This document shows, one piece after another, positions 61,776 to 64,000 of a stretch of 64,000 nucleotides of DNA. Position 1 is the first letter of the stretch. Every line of letters begins with the position of its first letter. The notes under the pieces were generated by a model. It saw nothing but the letters and a program-made list of their open reading frames with translations, had not been told where the DNA came from and did not search any database. Source of the stretch: Eubacteriales bacterium (lineage in GTDB: Bacteria > Bacillota > Clostridia > Oscillospirales > CAG-272); assembly GCA_045533675.1 (NCBI GenBank), contig JAZSIF010000001.1, positions 18,980 through 82,979 on the forward strand. Direction: 5' to 3'. The position numbers were made by a program, and so were the translations under genes.

Positions 61776-64000
61776 ATGACACGCACGGATCATCAGCAAA
61801 AAACAAAAGCCGGGGGACTCACCTCAGAGGAGGTCCTCCGCTCTCGGGAAGCAAACGGAAGCAATCGATTGAGCGAGACCGCAAGAAAGAGCTTTCTGCG
61901 CCACTTTTTCGGCAATCTCAACGACCCCGTCATCCGAATCCTCCTGATTGCTCTGGGGATCAATCTCTGCTTCGTGTTTCGGGGAGGAGACCCGATCGAG
62001 ACCCTGGGGATCGGGATTTCAGTCACACTGGCTACCCTGATCTCTACCCTGTCCGAACGAGGAAGCGAGGCAGCGTTCCGCCGTCTCTCCGAGGAATGGG
62101 GAAAAGGAAGTGTCCGCGTGTGGCGGGACGGTGTGCTTCGGGAGCTTCCCCTTGAGGAGCTGGTCGTGGGCGACCGCATCCTTGTCGCCGCGGGGGAGCA
62201 GATTCCCGCCGACGGACGCATGATCGCAGGCTCGATCCGCGTGGATCAATCCTCTATGACAGGAGAAAATCGGGAAATTCTCAAAAAGCCCTCCCCCGTC
62301 CGTACCCTTTCCCCCGAAAACGAGGGTGCCGTCCTTCGCGGGTGTCCCATTCTCACGGGAGAGGGCGAGGCAGAGGTGCTTGCGGTAGGAGATGATACCT
62401 TCCTCGGAAAGATTTCGCGGGAAATACGGCAAGAAACCCGTGAAAGTCCGCTCCGTGTTCGTCTTACCCGCCTTGCGGGGCAGATCAGCCGCTTCGGCTA
62501 CTGTGCCGCCTTTCTCTGCGCCCTTGCCTATCTTTTCAACATTTTTGTGTTGGACAGCGGCTTTGAGCTGTCCGTCATTTTCTCACGACTTCGGGATACC
62601 CCTTATCTTCTTCACCACCTTCTCCGCGCCCTGGTGTTGGGGCTAACCGTGGTGGTCATGAGCGTCCCCGAGGGACTGCCTATGATGATCGCCGTGGTCC
62701 TTTCCTCCAATATGCGCCGTATGATCAAGGACAACGTACTGGTCAGAAAGCCCGTTGGCATCGAGGCGGCGGGAAGCATGGACCTTCTCTTTACCGATAA
62801 AACGGGAACGCTCACTGAGGGAAAAATGAGCGTTGAACGCATTTTTTTGGCTGACGGAACCGAATACGGCTCCCCCTCGGAGCTTCGGCGGAACGCCCCG
62901 GCGGTTTTTCGCCTTTTTGACGCTTCCTGCCGCCATAATACCGCCTCCTCCATCGGTGCCGACGGGGTTCTTGGCGGCAACGCCACCGATCGGGCACTCC
63001 TCGAATCGGTCATGAAGCTTCCCCAAGAGGAATCCGTAACCACCACGGAACGAATTCCTTTTGACAGTACGAAGAAATATTCGGCGGTAGCCCTTCGCAT
63101 GCCCCGCGCCACCATTCTTCTAAAGGGAGCCCCCGAGCGACTCATCCCCCACCTTCGCTATGGCTACCGAAAAAACGGCGCCGCCGACTCCTTTGCCCCC
63201 CTTTCCTATGATTTCAGACGACGGCTTTCCCAATTGACCCAAAAGGGAGAGAGAGTGCTCCTTTTGGCAGAGGGAAATCGAATGCCAAAAAACGGTGACT
63301 TTGGCGAGCTGACCCTCATTGGCGCCGTTTCCCTTTCCGACCGTATCCGTCCCGAGGCGGCGGAATCGGTGCGCGTTCTCCGAGAAGCGGGTATTCAGAC
63401 CGTCATGATTACGGGCGATCACCCCGCCACGGCAGAAAGCATTGCCAAAGCCTGCGGAATTCTTTCCTCCGCCGAGTCCTTGATCCTTACCTCGGAGGAG
63501 CTGGGGGCGATGTCCGATAGTGACGTGATCCGAGCGCTTCCCCGTCTGGCAGTGGTCGCCAGAGCCCTTCCCTCGGACAAAAGCCGACTGGTGCGCCTGG
63601 CGCAAGAAGCAAAACGAGTGGTGGGAATGACGGGCGACGGTGTGAATGACGCTCCCGCTCTCAAGCTTTCCGACGTGGGCTTTTCCATGGGAAGCGGTAC
63701 GTTGGTGGCAAAGGATGCGGGGGACGTGATCATTCTTGACAACAATCTCTCCTCCATTACCCGTGCGGTCCTTTACGGGCGGACGATCTTTAAAAGCATC
63801 CGCAAATTTATTACGCTCCAATTGACCATGAACTTCTGTGCCGTGGGAGTCTCCATGATCGGTCCCTTCATCGGCTTCGATGCTCCCGTTACCATTACCC
63901 AAATGCTCTGGATCAACCTGATCATGGACACCCTTGGGGGACTTGCGTTTGCGGGCGAAGCGCCCTCGCCACGCTTTATGCGGGAAAAACCAAAAAAAAG
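61776..64000 (+). CDS. cation-translocating P-type ATPase (Ca2+/PMCA-like), 5' part; runs off the right edge
   Basis: Not in the track because it is open-ended. Manual translation gives MTRTDHQQKTKAGGLTSEEVLRSREANGSNRL.., with DKTGTLTEGKM near 62790 and TGDGVNDAPALK near 63630. Confidence 0.9.
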   Translation, partial: MTRTDHQQKTKAGGLTSEEVLRSREANGSNRLSETARKSFLRHFFGNLNDPVIRILLIALGINLCFVFRGGDPIETLGIGISVTLATLISTLSERGSEAAFRRLSEEWGKGSVRVWRDGVLRELPLEELVVGDRILVAAGEQIPADGRMIAGSIRVDQSSMTGENREILKKPSPVRTLSPENEGAVLRGCPILTGEGEAEVLAVGDDTFLGKISREIRQETRESPLRVRLTRLAGQISRFGYCAAFLCALAYLFNIFVLDSGFELSVIFSRLRDTPYLLHHLLRALVLGLTVVVMSVPEGLPMMIAVVLSSNMRRMIKDNVLVRKPVGIEAAGSMDLLFTDKTGTLTEGKMSVERIFLADGTEYGSPSELRRNAPAVFRLFDASCRHNTASSIGADGVLGGNATDRALLESVMKLPQEESVTTTERIPFDSTKKYSAVALRMPRATILLKGAPERLIPHLRYGYRKNGAADSFAPLSYDFRRRLSQLTQKGERVLLLAEGNRMPKNGDFGELTLIGAVSLSDRIRPEAAESVRVLREAGIQTVMITGDHPATAESIAKACGILSSAESLILTSEELGAMSDSDVIRALPRLAVVARALPSDKSRLVRLAQEAKRVVGMTGDGVNDAPALKLSDVGFSMGSGTLVAKDAGDVIILDNNLSSITRAVLYGRTIFKSIRKFITLQLTMNFCAVGVSMIGPFIGFDAPVTITQMLWINLIMDTLGGLAFAGEAPSPRFMREKPKK

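Overview
This is a 64-kb core-chromosome window from a moderately GC-rich, endospore-forming Firmicute. Gene content looks Clostridia-like, but the taxon cannot be fixed from sequence alone. I count about 55 protein genes and recognised no rRNA, tRNA, CRISPR array or transposase.

Gene order, left to right:
- The 5' end of rpoB (minus strand, own promoter, detached from rplJL), then rpsT, cysK, a beta-helix protein, a TIGR01212-type radical-SAM gene and an aminotransferase.
- A DinG/XPD-like helicase, mecA, a three-gene SleC-like/peptidoglycan-binding set, and clpC.
- A membrane protein with an HTH regulator, then L10 leader-rplJ-rplL.
- A 15-kb minus-strand dcw cluster: mraZ-rsmH-ftsL-like-PBP-murE-murF-mraY-ftsW-murG-ftsQ, a terminator, then two tandem ftsZ genes. 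There is no murD and no ftsA.
- A roughly 1-kb decayed low-GC spacer, then a perR-reverse rubrerythrin-BFD-like-rubredoxin operon.
- A yybP-ykoY-like (Mn) leader in front of CaCA antiporter-oadB-oadG.
- asd, rsmI, an amidase, ligA, PiT with DUF47, AraC/rhaB/rhaA, a PHP phosphatase, spoVAC, a lipoprotein and a sugar transferase.
- A double BcrA/HgdC-type activase with a dehydratase-like partner, two ABC exporter half-transporters, rpsU, and the start of a P-type ATPase.

Most notable observations:
1. Tandem full-length ftsZ paralogs.
2. A class-B PBP with two PASTA domains inserted inside the transpeptidase domain, in addition to two C-terminal ones.
3. A roughly 150-bp repeat family (at least 6 copies) that always sits behind a stop codon as a 3'-UTR-plus-terminator module. 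One locus is a roughly 310-bp inverted double copy, and some copies are preceded by G-rich octamer arrays.
4. A candidate Mn-riboswitch-controlled CaCA-oadB-oadG operon.
5. A rubrerythrin gene stump and a rubredoxin with a CxC knuckle.

All calls come from reading the sequence and translations by eye. No database search was run.
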